A DNA stretch of 48,208 nucleotides from Candidatus Kaiserbacteria bacterium CG10_big_fil_rev_8_21_14_0_10_59_10 (lineage in GTDB: Bacteria; Patescibacteriota; Minisyncoccia; Phycocordibacterales; UBA2100). This document shows, piece after piece, positions 46,707 to 48,208 of the stretch. The first letter of the stretch is position 1; each line of letters starts with the position of its first letter. The notes under the pieces were generated by a model. The model worked only from the letters and a program-made list of their open reading frames with translations. It was not told where the DNA came from and searched no databases. The stretch spans positions 1 through 48,208 of the forward strand of contig PFBM01000014.1 of the NCBI GenBank assembly GCA_002773285.1, in the 5' to 3' direction. A program made the position numbers and the translations under genes.

Positions 46707-48208
46707 TGAGCACACGTTGTAGCACCTCCGGGGAAACCTCGCCATGTGCCCCTTCGCGCGGCTTTTCGGAGCCGGCGGTCTCTCCTTTCGGCTCTGTGCG
46801 CCTCTCGCCTGGCGCGCTCTGCGTATTCGCACCGCCGCGCTTTGCGCGCAGAATTTCGGCCGGCGACGTGCCGGCGCCTGCGGAAGCGTTCCGAGATGCG
46901 GCGGCCAGCGCCGCGCGAAGCGCGGCGCGCTCGTCTTCCCTGTCTGCTTGGCGCGGCTCTCTTTTCTCCTGGGGCGCTAATTTTTGCACCGGTTCGTGCG
47001 GTGCTGCCTCTCTCGGCGCCGGGCGCGGAGCGCGGGAACCCTCGCCGCGCCTATCAGCCGAAACGCTTTCGCGCCTCGCGCCAGGCGCATAATCGCGCCG
47101 CGCACTCTCCCGCGGCGGCTTCGGCGGCATGGCGAACTCCAACTGCCGTTTATTTATGAGCGCTTCCACTTCCGCGCGCGACCGGCCGTAGGTAGCGCGC
47201 GAGTATTGCGCGATATCCTCGCGATACGACACCGACGGCGTTTCGATGGGGGGAATGGTTTCCGCTGAGAACGGCGGCGAGCCGACGCCGTCTATCATGA
47301 GCGTAAGGTATATCTGGCCGATGCCGAGGTTGATGAGGTCTTCGGCGTGGAACGTCGGCTCGAATACCGTCTTCAACACCTCCGCGTCGAACGGCCCGAC
47401 GCGGAACGCTACCAGCGTACCCACGTTGCCGAACACCGCATTGCGGACGTTCTCCTCCATTTGCTCGATATACTGGTTCGCGAGCGTAAGGGCGAGCTTG
47501 TATTTCCGCGCCTCCGAGAGAATATCGGCAAACGCTTCGTTCATCATGGATTGGAACTCGTCAACGTAAAAATACGAGCGCGGTAGTTGCATCAAACGGG
47601 CCGCGGGCTCCTCTGCCCGCGACATCGCGGCAAGGTATACCTTGACGGTAAGCATCGAGCCGAGAAGCGCAGCGTTCGTCTCGCCCATCCGCCCTTTCGA
47701 GAGGTTCACGATGAAAATCTTCCGCTCGTCCATCATCTTCCGCAGGTCGAACGTCGAGCGCGGCTGCCCGACAATGTTCCTGATGAGCGGGTTCGCGACG
47801 AACTGCCCGACCTTGTTTTGAATGGCTGGCGTCGCCTCGCGCGTGTAGCTATCGGTATAGTTCGCGAATTCCTCCGTCCAGAACGAACGCACCAAGGGGT
47901 CCGTCACGCGCGCCGTAACGGCAGCGCGAAAACTCTTATTGGTGAGCATGCGGTTCACGTCCAGGAGCGTCGAGCCGGGATACTCGAGGAGTGCGAGGAG
48001 CGTGTTCTGCAAAATGTACTCCATGCGCGCGCTCCATGCATCCACCCAGATGCGCCGGAACGCACCCATAAGGCCGGAGACGACCAAGTGCCGCCTGTCA
48101 TAGCCCACGTCCTCCATCACGTTGAACCCTATCGGATGCTCAGTGTCGAAGGGAGCAAAATACAGTACGTCTTTAATGCGATCGTGCGGCACGAAATCCA
48201 AGAGCTTT
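46693..48208 (-). CDS. VirD4/TraG-HerA-like P-loop ATPase, 5' end outside the window
   Basis: PIGFN, PIQNKVGQF, IVNLSKG, Walker B YVDEFQ, LSEARKY, ANQYI.Q, AVFGNVGT. The frame is open to the window edge. Confidence 0.88.
   Translation of the reverse strand, partial: KLLDFVPHDRIKDVLYFAPFDTEHPIGFNVMEDVGYDRRHLVVSGLMGAFRRIWVDAWSARMEYILQNTLLALLEYPGSTLLDVNRMLTNKSFRAAVTARVTDPLVRSFWTEEFANYTDSYTREATPAIQNKVGQFVANPLIRNIVGQPRSTFDLRKMMDERKIFIVNLSKGRMGETNAALLGSMLTVKVYLAAMSRAEEPAARLMQLPRSYFYVDEFQSMMNEAFADILSEARKYKLALTLANQYIEQMEENVRNAVFGNVGTLVAFRVGPFDAEVLKTVFEPTFHAEDLINLGIGQIYLTLMIDGVGSPPFSAETIPPIETPSVSYREDIAQYSRATYGRSRAEVEALINKRQLEFAMPPKPPRESARRDYAPGARRESVSADRRGEGSRAPRPAPREAAPHEPVQKLAPQEKREPRQADREDERAALRAALAAASRNASAGAGTSPAEILRAKRGGANTQSAPGERRTEPKGETAGSEKPREGAHGEVSPEVLQRVLNGNG

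Noticed and set aside
1-48208. CRISPR array, tRNA/rRNA, prophage, or recoded stop codons
   Set aside because: I saw no spaced repeat array, cloverleaf or phage hallmark genes by eye. TGA and TAG end intact genes normally.

Overview
This window is bacterial chromosomal DNA in standard code 11. It is most likely Patescibacteria/CPR (Parcubacteria-like). That is an inference from the gene set: HTH-TM proteins, a Cys-less SecA tail, a RAYT, a ComEA-PKD protein, a VirD4/HerA-like ATPase, and few Shine-Dalgarno sites at the starts inspected. Nearly all genes are on the minus strand. The left part holds two membrane proteins with excisionase-like HTH units (one missed by the ORF track), gatB, a VTT/DedA protein, secA, a 32-aa Lys-rich peptide, a RAYT transposase flanked by two identical palindromes, and a candidate structured ncRNA. 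About 8.9-45.5 kb is a large surface-glycan locus: O-antigen-ligase/TPR protein, PglK/MsbA-like flippase, NeuB/NeuC/NeuA, SqdB, PseB/PseC/PseI, an SpsF-like cytidylyltransferase, an amidotransferase-HisH-HisF trio, two formyltransferases, a deacetylase, methyltransferases, an AsnB-like enzyme and many glycosyltransferases. The right end holds a ComEA-PKD protein and a partial VirD4/HerA-like ATPase. Two unexplained structures stand out. (1) A 317-bp element (42479-42795) with perfect 21-bp terminal inverted repeats and flanking direct repeats, whose only gene is an 84-aa GIY-YIG nuclease. (2) A promoter-bearing, multiply pseudoknotted non-coding segment of about 230 nt next to the RAYT/REP unit. 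All product calls come from motif recognition by eye; no database searches were run.
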